A stretch of 64,000 nucleotides of DNA, from NCBI GenBank assembly GCA_965655095.1, contig OZ296652.1:61442001-61506000 (forward strand), in the 5' to 3' direction. Within the stretch, counting starts at the first letter, position 1. Each line of letters starts with the position of its first letter. Below, one piece after another: positions 39,258-51,730 of the stretch. Below the pieces are notes generated by a model. That model worked only from the letters and a program-made list of their open reading frames with translations. It did not search any database and had not been told where the DNA came from. The translations under genes were made by a program, and so were the position numbers. This stretch comes from Haplodiscus bocki (taxonomy: Eukaryota).

Positions 39258-40670
39258 GGTATCACGTTTTTCCGTTGAAAAATTTTTGTCTCACAATGCC
39301 GAAAAATTTCGTAGGTGAACCCTTCAGTGTTTCAGAAAATTTTTGGTATCGAAACATGTTAAGTATAAGAGAGGGGGCGGGTATCACGATTTTCCGTCAA
39401 AATTGTTTTGTCTCACAGTACTGAAACATTTCGTAGAGGAACCCTTCTTAGTTTCAAAAAATTTTTGGTATCGAAACATGTTAAGTATAAGAGAGGGGGC
39501 GGGTATCACGATTTTCCGTCAAAATTGTTTTGTCTCACAGTACCGAAACATTTCGTAGAGGAACCCTTCTTAGTTTCAGAAAATTTTTTGTATCGAAACA
39601 TGTTAAGTATAAGAGAGGGGGCGGGTATCACGATTTGGCGTCGAAATTGTTTTGTCTCACAGAGGCGAAAAGTTTCGTAGGAGGAACTCTTCTTTGTTTC
39701 AAAAAATTTTATGGATAAGAAGGTGGGGGGAGAAAGGAGTATCACAATTTTCCGTCAAAAGTTTTTTGTCTCACAGTGCCGAAAAATTTCGTAGGGGAAC
39801 CTTTGTCTTTCACTAACTTGGGGTATCGAAAAATTTTATGCAAAGGAAAGGGTATGTCACGATTTTCTGTCGAAAATTTTTTGTCTCACAGTACCGAAAC
39901 ATTTCGCAGAGGAACCCGTCTGAGTTTCAGAAAAATTCTGTTAGCGAAACTTCTCATGCATGAGAAGGGGCGGTATCACGATTTTCCGTCGAAATTTTGT
40001 CTCACAGTGGCGAAAAATTTCGTAGGTGAACCCTTTAGTGTATCATTAATTTCGGGTATCGAAAAATTCTATGCTTCAGAGGGTTATGTCACGATTTTCC
40101 GTCGAAAATTTTTTTGTCTCAGTACCGAAACATTTCGTAGAGGAACCCTTCTGTGCTGTGTTTCAGAAAATTTCTGGTAGCGAAAAAGTTTATGGATAAG
40201 AGGGAGGGGGAAGTATCAAGATTTCTTTCGAAAAATTTTTGTCTCACAGTGCCGAGAAATGCCGTAGGGGAACCCTTTAGGGTGTCACTGATTTCGGGTA
40301 TCGAAAAATTTTATGCTTAAGAGGGTTATGTCACGATTTTTTGTCGATTTTTTTTGTCTCGCAGTACCGAAAAACTTTGCAGGGGAACCCTGCTATGCTG
40401 TGTTTCAGAAAGTTCCCCGTAGCGAAAAAAATTATGGATAAGAATGGGAGGCGGGGAGTGTCAAGATTTTACGTCGAAAATTTCTTGTCTCACAGTGCCG
40501 AAAAGTTTCGTAGGGGAACCCCTCTGTGCTGTGTTTCAGAAAATTTCCGGTAGCCAAAAAGTTTATGGATAAGAGGGGGGGATATCAAGATTTTCCGTCG
40601 AAAGTTTTTTGTCTCACAGTTTCGAAAATTTTCGCAGGGGAACCCCTTAGTATTTCACTAATTTTGGGTG
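39258..40670. repeat. ~122-bp tandem repeat, ~12 copies, internal to the element
   Basis: GTATCACG at 39381, 39503 and 39625; recurring TTTGTCTCACAGT..CCGAAA..TTTCGTAG..GAACCC. Confidence 0.93.
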
Positions 40671-40702
40671 TTGAAGTGTTAGGGATAAATCGTAAAAATT
40701 TT

Positions 40703-40781
40703 TGGCAGGGCAGTGACTCGAACCCCGAACCTACTGCTTGAGAACCCTGTTGTCGTACGCCTATCGCTGTCATTTCTGTCA
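40703..40781 (-). other. tRNA-like relic (Pol III B-box)
   Basis: The minus strand reads GGTTCGAGTCACTGCCCTGCCA at the 3' end. The cloverleaf is degenerate, so this is not a functional tRNA. Confidence 0.45.
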
Positions 40782-40970
40782 TTTATTTTTGAATAAAAAG
40801 AGTTGGCAATTTTGGTCAGATAAAAAAAAGAAAAACGACCCTACTGAAAGAATAATTTTTCTTGTATATTTCATATACGGCGAAAAATAAACATGAAATT
40901 TTTCTTTCAAATCTCATCTATTGTTTTGTTTCATTTATTGAGTTAAGGAAATGTATGAAGTTATGTCTAG

Positions 40971-43750
40971 GTCATCTTCCTGTTTTGTTCTCAACGTCCA
41001 CGTTGTCTGTCGGAGTGAATTTGCCCGCCCATCTGGTTATTATCAAGTCAACAGATTGCTATCAAAATGGGGTATTAACCACTGCTCCAATATCCCAAAT
41101 TATTCAAATGATAGGCCGGGCTGGAAGACCTCAGTTTGATACTCAAGCTAAAGCCGTAATTATGGTCAAGAATCACGAGAAAGAACAAATCAGGAAAAGT
41201 CTACTGGGACAACAAACAATTGAAAGCTGTCTGCATTTGAACTTCCTGGAACATTTGAATTCTGAGATCAACATGAGAACTATCAATTGCCATGAATCGG
41301 CTCTGCGATGGATGAAGTCAACATTCTTGTATGTGAGACTGCTCGCAGAACCGCAAAACTATTGTCTCAAAATAGAACCTGGGTCTGCGTCTTCTGTGAA
41401 CCAGTTTTTGACTGATATCTTGGAGAAAAATTTTGTGGCGTTAGAACGTTTGCAACTTGTACGCAAAGTTCACAATGTTTGTAAAACTTCGGACCAGAGT
41501 GACTACGATTTAACTATCACCCCACTCGGTTCCATAATGGCTTTCAATAACATAAACTTCAAAACAATGGAGTCCTTCATGGGTGTTACAGCTGCCGAAT
41601 CAATCCACCAATTATTGCGAAGGGTGTGTAGTTCCGACAATGTTGATAGTGTGGTCTTGAGAGTCGAAGAGAAGAAACAGCTGAATTCTTTGAAAGATCG
41701 AATTCCGTACAAACTGAATATGACCAAAGTGAAAACAGCGGATGATAAAATATGTGTTCTGGTACATGCTACGTTGGTGTCTCTGGCTATTCCAGAGTTT
41801 ACATTCCAGCAAGATGTGAACCAGATTTTTCGATTGCTTCCCCGGCTTGGGTCGGCACTCGTACAAATTTTGGAGTACAAAAAGTTTTATATGAGCCTGA
41901 AAAACGCGTATTTATTGCGCCAAGCGTTCTGCACAAAACTGTGGCACAATTCTAAGTTCGTAAGCAAACTAATTCCAAAAATTGGGCAAAGTTCAGCGGA
42001 ATTACTTGTTAATGGTGGCTATAGTACCTTTCAGTCTATATTGGACTCGAATCCTCGGCATATAGAATTGGTGCTGAACAAGCACGCTCCTTTTGGAAAC
42101 AACATTGTGAACTTCGTCAAGCATATACCCAAAGTCAGCTTACAACTTTCCGAAACATGCTCAAACGAACGCAGTATAATCAATGTTACTTTAGCTTTGG
42201 ATAATTTCTCCGAAATCAACAAATCTTCTCAATCTTCTGCATGGCATAAATTCATAGTAATAATCGGCACGAGTAAAAATGAGCTGATCTTCTATGGAAA
42301 GGTAAGTGAGAGTTTACTCAAATCCAAAAGATCCTGGTCTCGTTCTTTTGCTGCGCCTCCGGAATCGTCTGTTTTCGCAAGTGCTATCAGCTCAACTTGG
42401 TGTGGAGTTGGAGACACTGCTTGTATCAAAAAGCAAGAATTCACGGACCTTGCGCATCTGAGCAACCCTTACGTATCACAGGTTATTACCGAAACTAACA
42501 AGAAAAATAGAAAATCTCAGAACACCAGTGCTGATAGCAGTGAAAACCCTCAGGCGTGCAAGCATGCTTGCAAAGATAAAAAGAATTGCGCTCATTCGTG
42601 CTGTAAAGTTGGAATAGTCTCTCAAGTGATGTCCTTGCCAAAATCTTTGAACTCCGTTTCGGAGAATAATCAAGAGTTTTCTGGTCATATGCTGGGTAGT
42701 GTGGAAACGTCTGCCGTTTCTGGAGAAACTGTTCCTGGTGATCACTTATTCAGGCGATCGAATAATTTAATTTCGGGTGAAAAAAATTCCGGAGTGACTC
42801 TGTTCCAAACTAATAGTACTGATGTCCCAGCCAAAAAGTTTTCCTTCAGAAGGAAAGAAGATCTTCGGGAGAATTATATGTCCAAACACGAAGCATTAAA
42901 CTTGGACTCTGTCTCAGATATACGTGATAAGATTGGAACCCCCAGTAAAAGACCTCCGACTTTAACAAATGAAAGCGCCCCATTTCCTAATGAAGTCAGA
43001 TCGCCTTCCAAAAAGTCTCGAGAGGAAATTGAAAAACAAAATCCATTATCTACTTGTCCGTATGATAGTGCTTTCTACTCAAGGTCAACTAGCGAGGCAG
43101 CCGAAAAATCTTGTTACTTTTCTGGAGACAAAACTGAACAGCTTGAATTCTTGGATGATGACGGAATAAGTTACAGTCCCCTAATAGAGCAAGATACAAC
43201 GGTAATTTATACCTTTCCCAGAAACCAAGACAACAGCCCAGACTGCATAAACTTGGATTTCGACGACAATGATGATGAGCTCTTGAGTTGTGTACTGGAT
43301 TCTTCACCAGATAATTATCGCGAGGCATCTAGTTCTTCAAAGGTTCCAGAACGTGCTCTTGTGGATTCAAACTCCTCCCTTGAATCAACTGTCGCTATCA
43401 AATCGAACATCAATCCGTTGCGAATTCTTTTTCCGAAATTGAAACCTGACGAAGCTATGGACGAAGTCAATGAAGAACTTGAAGGCCCTATCGAAGACCC
43501 AGATGAATTTCTCAGTCAATTTAAGTGGGTAAGGAGGAACCAAATTAACAAAACTTATAATACTTCTTCGAAAAGTAGTTTACGCAACGTGCTTGTCAGC
43601 AACTTGCTTACGGGAGAAAGGGACAGAATTGGCAGTCAATATCAACGAGAAAAGCTAACCGGTAGTCGCTCTTCAAAATTTTGGCGTATAACGAACGAGG
43701 AAGAACATATAATGCAAAGCAAGGAGAGATATTATGAGAACGATTCGTAA
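40971..43750 (+). CDS. HFM1: HFM1/MER3, coding exon 3 (helicase C-terminal, Sec63, zinc finger, low-complexity tail); spliced CDS 3867 bp = 1288 aa
   Basis: Acceptor CTAG at 40967-40970; STSTLSVGVNLPAHLVIIKST, QMIGRAGRPQFD, and the HFM1-type Zn finger CKHACKDKKNCAHSCCKVG. Confidence 0.93.
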
Positions 43751-44379
43751 GAAGATTAAATTGTATGAACCTGTTCGCAGAGATGCACAAATTTGCATTG
43801 ATGGTTTGGCACACACCCAAAAACTTTCATTAAGAGTCTCCTCTAATAACGTTGCTAGAATGAAGACGAAGCCGAAACGCTCAAGTCGGCGCTGCGAGCA
43901 AAGGTTCAAAAAATATCAGGGGTACCATAAAATTTGGGGGTAAAAACATACCGAAAAGCCCTAAAATGCGACGTTTTCTCGAATTTTTTTAAAGACTTGC
44001 TTAGTCTCAAACCAGTATCCATGTGTTTGAAAACTTTTGTTCATACTTTTAGTCTCAAACTTTCTAGACCACCAGGGCCCTCGAGAGCTCCATTCGGTTC
44101 AAGACGGGTCCACAAAATCTCACTAAAATTCTAGGACCTTCAAGAATGAGAAAACGAGTCACTGTTAGAGTCGACTTTTAAAGTAGAACGCTGACTAATA
44201 ATCACTTTCAAATTTTTCTGATTTTTATGGCAAATACGTTTACAAACTCCAAAAAATCTATAAAAAATACAAACTTCTAAAATACTTCAGCCACGGAAGA
44301 AACTTTTGTGGGTGCTTTTTAACCCTTCTCTGAGTAGATTTTCTATAACACGACATTGAAGACGCTATCATATGCAGAC

Positions 44380-44806
44380 CAGTGTATTGCATCGCTACTA
44401 AAAAATCGCTAATCACAATTACCGCTTTTCTGAGGACCGCTAATCTTAAATGCCGCTTTGAAAAACAAGCGGTTAGTGGCCGCTGATTTTTGGAAAAACT
44501 CGGAACTGAATTTTGCTGTTTTGCCGAACTTGGGGAGATAATATTTACTAGAGGGAAAGAGAAGTTCTGACGTCGCCATTTCATTATGTTTTTGGTTTTC
44601 AAGAAAAAAACAGGATGTTGTTGAAATCTGCCACCGATTTTCTTAGCTATTCCAGAAGTTTCATTCCCTATATCGAATGATACTATGAATTGTTTGTGGC
44701 ACAATCCAAATATCCGCTCAACGGCCGTTTTTTCGAATTTAGAGCAGCTAATTCGCTCACTTTCGCCTAACGAGCCTCTATGCGCTATTAGCGGTGCAAT
44801 GCACTG
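44380..44806. mobile_element. hAT-family MITE, 427 bp
   Basis: TIRs CAGTGTATTGCATCGCTACTA / TATTAGCGGTGCAATGCACTG; 8-bp TSD ATGCAGAC / ATGAAGAC (7/8); repeated subterminal CGCT motifs. Confidence 0.85.
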
Positions 44807-45902
44807 ATGAAGACAAAAAAATCCACTGTACTTGGATTTTCTGTTCACTTGAAGTTTCTCTGTCTGACCTACTTAGTTAGGTATTTGGCACGATTCTCAA
44901 ACAGATGTCCAAAACTACAGTGGTGTGATGAAATAAAATGACTAAGCTCAAAAAACTTCACTATGCTGATTCGCGGACTTGTGCTCAACTCCAAAAAACT
45001 TTGTAATTTCCTCAATATCTGTACAGAAGTGATAAAACGAGCCCATTAAGGCAATCGAAATACTTAATTTGAGAACTATTGGCTAATTAAGAAGAAAGCG
45101 CTAATATTAATGGTTTAGTTACTACAATTTCTATTGATTTTGCGCTTTTAACTTTAACTGTGATACAAAACACTTTTCGCTAGACTTGTCTCGTCAAAAA
45201 ATCTGAAGTCATTGATACAGTCCAGGCATTAAATAATGCGACTAGACATTAATAATACGTCGTCTTGAAGCACGATTAACTTCGCCATATACATTTTAGA
45301 TGAAAGTGGCGGAAACAAATGTTCTTGAGAAGTTTTAGAATGTAATGGTTTTTCTTCGGAAAATTTCCGACCACTAGAACAAAAACTGGAAAATACGTTT
45401 TTTGATCTTCTGAAATTTTCATAACGTCAAAAAAATTATTTTGGAGCTTTATCAAATCAATAGATGCCCCTGATTTTCTAGTTTTCTGCGGCAGCTGATA
45501 TCATTTCCAAAAAATATTCAAAGGGTTGTCGTTTCGTTGGTAAAATTAAACCATGTATTAAAATAGGTTGTCAAAATCATACCTACATTTCCCAAAACTT
45601 TCTGAAAAATAGTTTTGAGAAAAGTGGTAAAGATTTTAGAAAGTTTTGAGGAATAACCACAACTAACAAATTGCCAAATCCGTTTCCTACTATCTGGCGT
45701 AATGTTAATATATGTCACAAAAACTGCAAAAATTAGTCAAAACACCCGATGCTTAGTTTTTTCATCGATTTTCGGACGCTTTTTCCTACCTACCTGTTGA
45801 AAGTAATTCTTTTGGGAAATAAAATAACCATCTGAGACTTTTATACGCATTCTGACTGAAAGCAAGCATGTGCATGGGAAACTGGCTTTTTTATCCTGTA
45901 CA

Positions 45903-46098
45903 GAATTTGAATTTTGTGACGTCATCAGAGAGTCTAGCCATCTAGTTTAAAGGGCCTTTTTTGAAACACCTTGGCAGGCACTTGTTTATTTTAGCATTCT
46001 GAAAAGTGCAACATTTTTGAAAATCGGTCTGACAAATCAACAGCGTCGTTGGAACTAATGTTTCACATAACAATGTTTTGAATATGAGACAGTGTGGG
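45903..46098. repeat. Dispersed repeat, copy 2
   Basis: Partner of 31655-31862. Confidence 0.8.
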
Positions 46099-46693
46099 CA
46101 GTGTATTAGGTTTCCTAAAAAACGTTAAATGTGAAAATTTGGAGCTCTCAAAAGAGTTAATAATGGTAAACAAGAAACGGTACTTTTGTCAAGTGGGCAC
46201 ATACCGCCTGTCAATCATGAAACATGACACCACTCAATCTCATATTGTGAAAATGGTCACTTTAGGTTCATTTTATGATTGTTGTTTCCACTTTCTTGAC
46301 CGAAATTATGCAACTTTTTTGATATCTCAACTAAGAATCACTGGTCTTTTATGATTGGCGAGTGAGTGTCGATGCAATTGTTTTTTTCATCTCTGTTTGT
46401 TTCTATATCAAACTCATATGGAGTTGTTCTTGGAAACCAAAAATTTTTGAATACGCAGATTTCTAAATCTTATCCTAATACATGTAATTTCAATACTCTC
46501 CCTTTTATGAGCTCAATATTTTGACTATCTCGAATTAGTTTCCAATTTAAAATGTACCAGTGGCTTTAGGATACTCAGGGGCGTCTTTCAATGATAAAAA
46601 ACATGCCAAAAAGTATTTTCTCAGTTGATGCAAAATTTTGAAAAACGCCAAGTTTACCGTATTTAATCGAATTACGGAAGAACACCAAGTTTA

Positions 46694-47073
46694 CCGTATT
46701 TAATCGAATTATTGTGGCGATCGAATTGAGCTCGCATTCGAATTCAAGCCGCACGAAAAGTCATTTGAAAAATTAGGCCGCACACGAATAGAAGCCGCAA
46801 CCAAAAATTGGCTTCTGCTTCTCAATGTTGACAAATCGTCTGAAAAATGCGAGAATTGGAACTTGAAATCGCACTAGGATAATTATAGTGTAATTATTAG
46901 TGATCTAGACGAAATCAAAGCGGAGTAATTTAATCTCAAAAATATTTTTCGTGAGGTGAAGTAGTTAGCTACCGACTGGCCGCATATGAATTGAAGCCAC
47001 ATTCGAATTGAAGGACGCAAAATTTTGCCCCAAAAAATGCTACACACGGCGTCAAAAATTCGTTTAAATACGG
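46694..47073. mobile_element. pogo/Tigger-like MITE, 380 bp
   Basis: TA-CCGTATTTAATCGAATT ... AATTCGTTTAAATACGG inverted ends; repeated internal GCCGCA motifs. The right TA target has drifted to TT. Confidence 0.75.
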
Positions 47074-48350
47074 TTTTTCTAACTTCGATATTGACCGTAG
47101 AAGGTCCAAATAAAAACGATTGCTAACTTGATTAAATTCTAAGAAATTTTTAACAAGGGTCATATTTGGAAAATCTTAATAGCTTTGGTGATATTCGAAT
47201 TTGAAAATTGCCGATTGAAGTTTATGTTCATCTCCAATTTTAGAGACCGAGATCCAGAAATTGGCAAGGTTTACGCTAAGTCAATTAAATATTCCACAAC
47301 ACCGCTCTGGGTAACATAAATGATGGAACAGAAAATTTTGAAAGACTACTTTCAAGAGTTAGGCTTGCTTTTTATCGCGGACAAAAATCAGATATCCTCT
47401 GAAGATTTGCAGCTTAAATGTTTCAAATATTGCTATGGATAATAGGAAAAGTTGGCAGAAAAAAATATCAGTGTACGTATATGCTACGATGATTGAAACC
47501 GCTAAAATTTGAATCTCAGTGTAGTAATTTTTCATTAAACTGACCAGTGAAAAATTAGCGACTACCGATTGCTTTACCTCAGATGACGACGACAAAGTAA
47601 AGAAGGTTTTTGAAGAAAGTGAATATATGAAAATGTACAGTGAATATATGAACAATTCAACTTGACTCCTAATACCTAGAGTTCTTCGATTGAATGTGAT
47701 CCATTGAAACTTGTACGACAAAAATGTATTTGTTGAAAACGTTTTTCTGAGCACGCCTCGGCTCAATTAATTGTAAAACCGAGTGAAGCGAACGCTCCAT
47801 CGATAGATAAATGTCTACGCAATAGATATTCTACAAATACCTATGTAGTTTCAAATACCTCTAACATGTCAATAATGCTTTGTTCAGTTAAGAGGATAAG
47901 TGGACAGGTTTGGGTTGTGTCCTTTCGGTGGCCGCTTGTCAAACATTCATTATTTAACTGAAAAAGCCGCGACGTTTATACCGTATTCAGTAGTATCGTT
48001 TTGAAATATTTCCTTGTTGCACTTTTGTGAGTATCTTCTGGTGTAATACTTTCAAAGATTTATTTTGTGGTACTGTCAGGATGTTTTATCTTTGTTGCAT
48101 TGAGCGATGTCAAGATTATTGTTTGCTAACAGACTGGCAGTGACACTGGAAAAAGATGATTTCACGTTGTTTATTCTTCATAATTATGATAGCCCCAATC
48201 GACCTAGCGCTGTTTTGAAACAGCCAACCGATTTTCCAACTTCCTATTTAATTTTTCAGCAGCCCGTATCCATTAGAACGCTTCATTTTTAGCATTATGG
48301 TTTCATTTAGTAAAATTCGAACAGCATTAGGTGTGAAGCGACACTTTAAT

Positions 48351-48660
48351 GTCTGCCGTTGAAAAATGCGCTTTTTTCTTGTCAAAAATTTTCACATTTT
48401 ATGAAAGTTCACTTTAAGGCAAAAGACACTTTTCTCCAAAATACTTGCTGCAAATGAGACGGCACCCCTATATCATCGCACAATCGTGTCGTGTGCTTAA
48501 GAACCCAATAGTACCCCGTTGTTACTAAAAGTCCTGAAGTGTGAATCGCCACGAGGGTTCAGGAAAGAAAAACCAAAATTCGAAACAATGGGGGGGGCGC
48601 TGCGACAGGAGCTCACCAGATTAAAATGAAAGCTCAATATTAGAACTTTGAAACGCGCAG
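48351..48660 (+). repeat. Repeat segment A, copy 1
   Basis: Aligns with 60185-60470 (TCTGCCGTTGAAAAATG.., AATGAGA(C/T)GGCA.., ACCAGAT(T/C)AAAATGAAAG). Confidence 0.8.
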
Positions 48661-49267
48661 TTAATAATTTCCCAGAAATGTGTAATTGTGGAGAAATTCA
48701 ACTTATAATGTTTTTCTCTATTTCATCCAAATTCTGCAAAACTTTCTGGATTAATTGGAGTTAACATAGTTTCAGCGCGCGCGTTCGTTTCTCACCGGTA
48801 GGAATTCGTTTTGATTAGGATAGATTAATTCTAAGGTGACGTATCAACTGGCCGACGGATCTGTTAACCGATTGTTCAACGAGCCGATTTTAGCTTACTT
48901 CTGAAATATTATTGGCTAAGGTAGTGTGTTTCGGTTACGTAATAATTCTGAGCGATGAGCAGAAGTCAAATACACGCAACACAAGTTCGTTCAGTAGCAC
49001 ATTTGGTTCAATGAGTGGTCGGCTAATTGAACGACACCCTAATTCTTACGAACATAACGTTATTCTCGGCAGCATCCCAAAACAATTGCTATTCGTTGTT
49101 TTGCGTTGAAAAAATTTTTCGGAAGGAAAATTTTCAATTCAGAACTCAAGTTTTTTTTTCTTGAAACTGCCCTTTCCTGAAAAACTTTTTTTCCTGGAAC
49201 TGTCTTTGACGTGCAGAGTTATGCCCGCGCATATGGCAGAACCGTTGATGCCTTGAATAATACATAT

Positions 49268-49328
49268 GTGTGGGCGTTAACGCGGTTAGGATGCCAGAGG
49301 TGGCGAGTTTGGATCCTGCTGTCGGCCA
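49268..49328 (+). other. tRNA-like relic
   Basis: GGCGAGTTTGGATCCTGCTGTCGGCCA; homologous to 60657-60717. Confidence 0.4.
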
Positions 49329-49869
49329 TATTTTTTAGTTATTTTTAGATACTCGTTAACGCATTATTTTTTAGTACCAAAAAACAAGATATTTTCGACA
49401 GAAATTTGGGTTTTTTGATTAGTGGGCTTTTTTTCTCGAAAATTATCCTTCTTCTGACATAACTGAAGCAAGCCAGTGTTTCTCTGTATTTTCAAGAAAC
49501 GGGAATATATTTTCGGTTTTCCAAAGAAGCAGAAAAAAGTTGAAAGTTAAAAAATGTGCTGAAAAAAAATTAAAAATGTAAGTATTTGCTTTTTTTCAGT
49601 TTTTGGGTATTTTTTTCGCTACCCTAGTTTCTCCGGCTCAAGATAAATTTACTCCGAAAATATTTCTACCGGAACATGTTGTTCTGTGATCCCCAGATTG
49701 AGTGAAAACCAAAAAGCGCAATTAGTACTTAATTTCCTTCACGTTGCAACTCCTTTTTATCCGAGAATGCAGGGCTTTATTCTTTCATTAGGTCTCAAAC
49801 AGAAACCATGTAATTGTACAAGAGTATTCCAACGAAAAATCGGTGGTTTTGTGCGTTGCGTCATAACTC

Positions 49870-51730
49870 TGTTTGTCCGAAATTTCCGAAGTGTTCTATC
49901 ATTAGTGATACATCTCGTTATTCAAACTTTTTTCTCAGCAACTACTAGTTTGATTTCTTCCATCAAGATCTCAATCGAAAGCCTTATTATTGTAGGCGAG
50001 CATTCCAACAAAAAGTCATCGGCTACGAGCGTTGCATCAGAATCATAGGAAACCGAAAATTTGCTACAAACTAACAAAAAGTGGTACTAACAAGGTTTCG
50101 ACCCAATATTCGAAATCATGTTTCTCCATGACTACCACTTCCTTTTCCGTCATCTAGGTCTCAATAGAAAACTTTACACTTTCATGAATGCATTCGATCA
50201 CAACATCATTGATTTTGATCCTTGCCTCAAAATCCTTATAGTCCGAAAATTCCGAGAAGTGCTATTAGTATTGATTTACCTCGATATTCATACTCATTTT
50301 TCTCGGTAACTACAAGCTTGATTTCCTTCATCAAGGTCTCAACTGAACGTTCTACTCTTAGACAATGAGATTTGATTGAAAGTCCACTCAATTTGTTCTT
50401 TGCATCTAAATCCCGATAGTCCCAAAAATTGGAAGGTGTTAATTCTTATTGATTCATCTCGATATTCAAAACCATACTTCGCCGTAACGACAAGCTTCAT
50501 TTCTTCCATCAAGGTCTCAATCAAGCAATTTTTATTTAGGCAGGAGAACTCAATTGGGAAGTCATTTATTTTCTTTCTTTATTTGGAATTCTCATGAACC
50601 GAATATTCCGAAATGAGCCATTAGTTTTGGTTTATCAAGAGATACAAAATCATTTTCCTCCGTAACTACCTGCATAATTTCTTTCATCAAGGTCTCAATG
50701 GACAAGCTATTAGTTGCAGATGTATTCTAGTTTGGGAAACCATGGATTCGCTTACCTGTGGTAGAATTTTGATGGTTCGAGAAAGCCAAGGAACTGCTAT
50801 TAGTTTAGACGTTTTTCCGATATTCCAACTCATAGTTCTCCATAACCGCTGATTTGATTTGATTCAAGGTCTAAATCTAAAGCCTTCTCTCTCTGGTAGA
50901 CTACTCGAGTGAATGTTTCTCGATTTTGTTCTTTCTGTCGGAATTCGGATATCCCAGAATGCCAAAATGCTCTCACTATTTATAAATCTGTAAACTTCAA
51001 TCTTATTTCTCCATAACCACAGGCTTGATTTATTCGACTAAGCTCGAATTCGAAATGCTTCGATTTTTTGAGGAGTATTGTGTTTAAAAACTATCAATGC
51101 CGTTCCTGCCTCGGAAGCCGGAAAAGCTTATAATTTGGACTCATCTGGATTTTCAATGTCGTTTTTCTCCAAATATACTGACAGTTTTTTCTTCAAGCTC
51201 TCAACCTAAAGTTTTCCGTTTTTGCTGGAATATGCATTTAGGAATTAAGAATTTTTGTCCATTCAGTGGAATCCTAAAGGACCAGAAATCCCAAAAAATG
51301 CTCTTAATCTTGACCTGCTATGTTCAATCTCATGTCTTTTAGCCCTACCTGCTTCTTTTTTCCGTCAAAATGTCAATTGATGGCTTTTTAGTTGAGGTAG
51401 ACTATTCAATTGTGGATTTTAAAGAATTTGTCTTCTACGTCAGAGTTGGAATTCCGATTTACCAGTTTTTGGCAAAATGCTACTAGTATTGAGATCTCGA
51501 TTTTCGAACTTGTCCTTCTCGAAAACTACATGTTTGAAATTTCTATCAAGGTCTGAATTGACGGTGATAATTTTTCAAAAGTTTATCAGATGAAATAATC
51601 AATGATTTTGTCCTCTACAATGGAATATTGATAGGCTTAACATGAAAAAAGTTCCAAGTAATGTTCATATTTCATCGATTTTCAGACTCATAAATATTGA
51701 TTCTTCCGCCGAGGTCTCTATCGAGATGTT
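49870..51730. repeat. Diverged ~175-bp tandem array, ~10 copies
   Basis: TTGATTTC..CATCAAG(G/A)TCTCAAT recurs near 49950, 50320, 50495, 50675, 50855, 51540 and 51710. Confidence 0.8.

Larger units (their letters stand above)
39104..40892 (-). mobile_element. Helentron/DINE-like non-autonomous element in HFM1 intron 2
   Basis: Perfect 11-bp subterminal IR TATTTTTCGCC (39122-39132)/GGCGAAAAATA (40879-40889); hairpin GTATAT-TTC-ATATAC (40864-40878); minus-strand end CTTGTTTT; central tandem repeats. Confidence 0.7.

Noticed and set aside
39258-40670. CRISPR-like appearance of regularly spaced motifs
   Set aside because: Whole units are homologous with no unique spacers; eukaryotic intron context; no cas genes.
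39086-40782. Overlapping ORFs such as MPKNFVGEP.. and MSHSTETFRRGT..
   Set aside because: Translations of the 122-bp satellite in several frames inside HFM1 intron 2; no coherent gene.
40862-40970. N-terminal extension of the 962-aa ORF
   Set aside because: Intronic and overlapping a transposon end; homology and splice phase place the exon start at 40971.
33282-43750. Functional link between CIAO2B (Fe-S delivery to helicases) and neighbouring HFM1
   Set aside because: HFM1 is a Ski2-like helicase not known to carry an Fe-S cluster; adjacency alone is not evidence.
44258-44848. 196-aa minus-strand ORF
   Set aside because: Spans the hAT MITE and its flanks; no recognisable domain.
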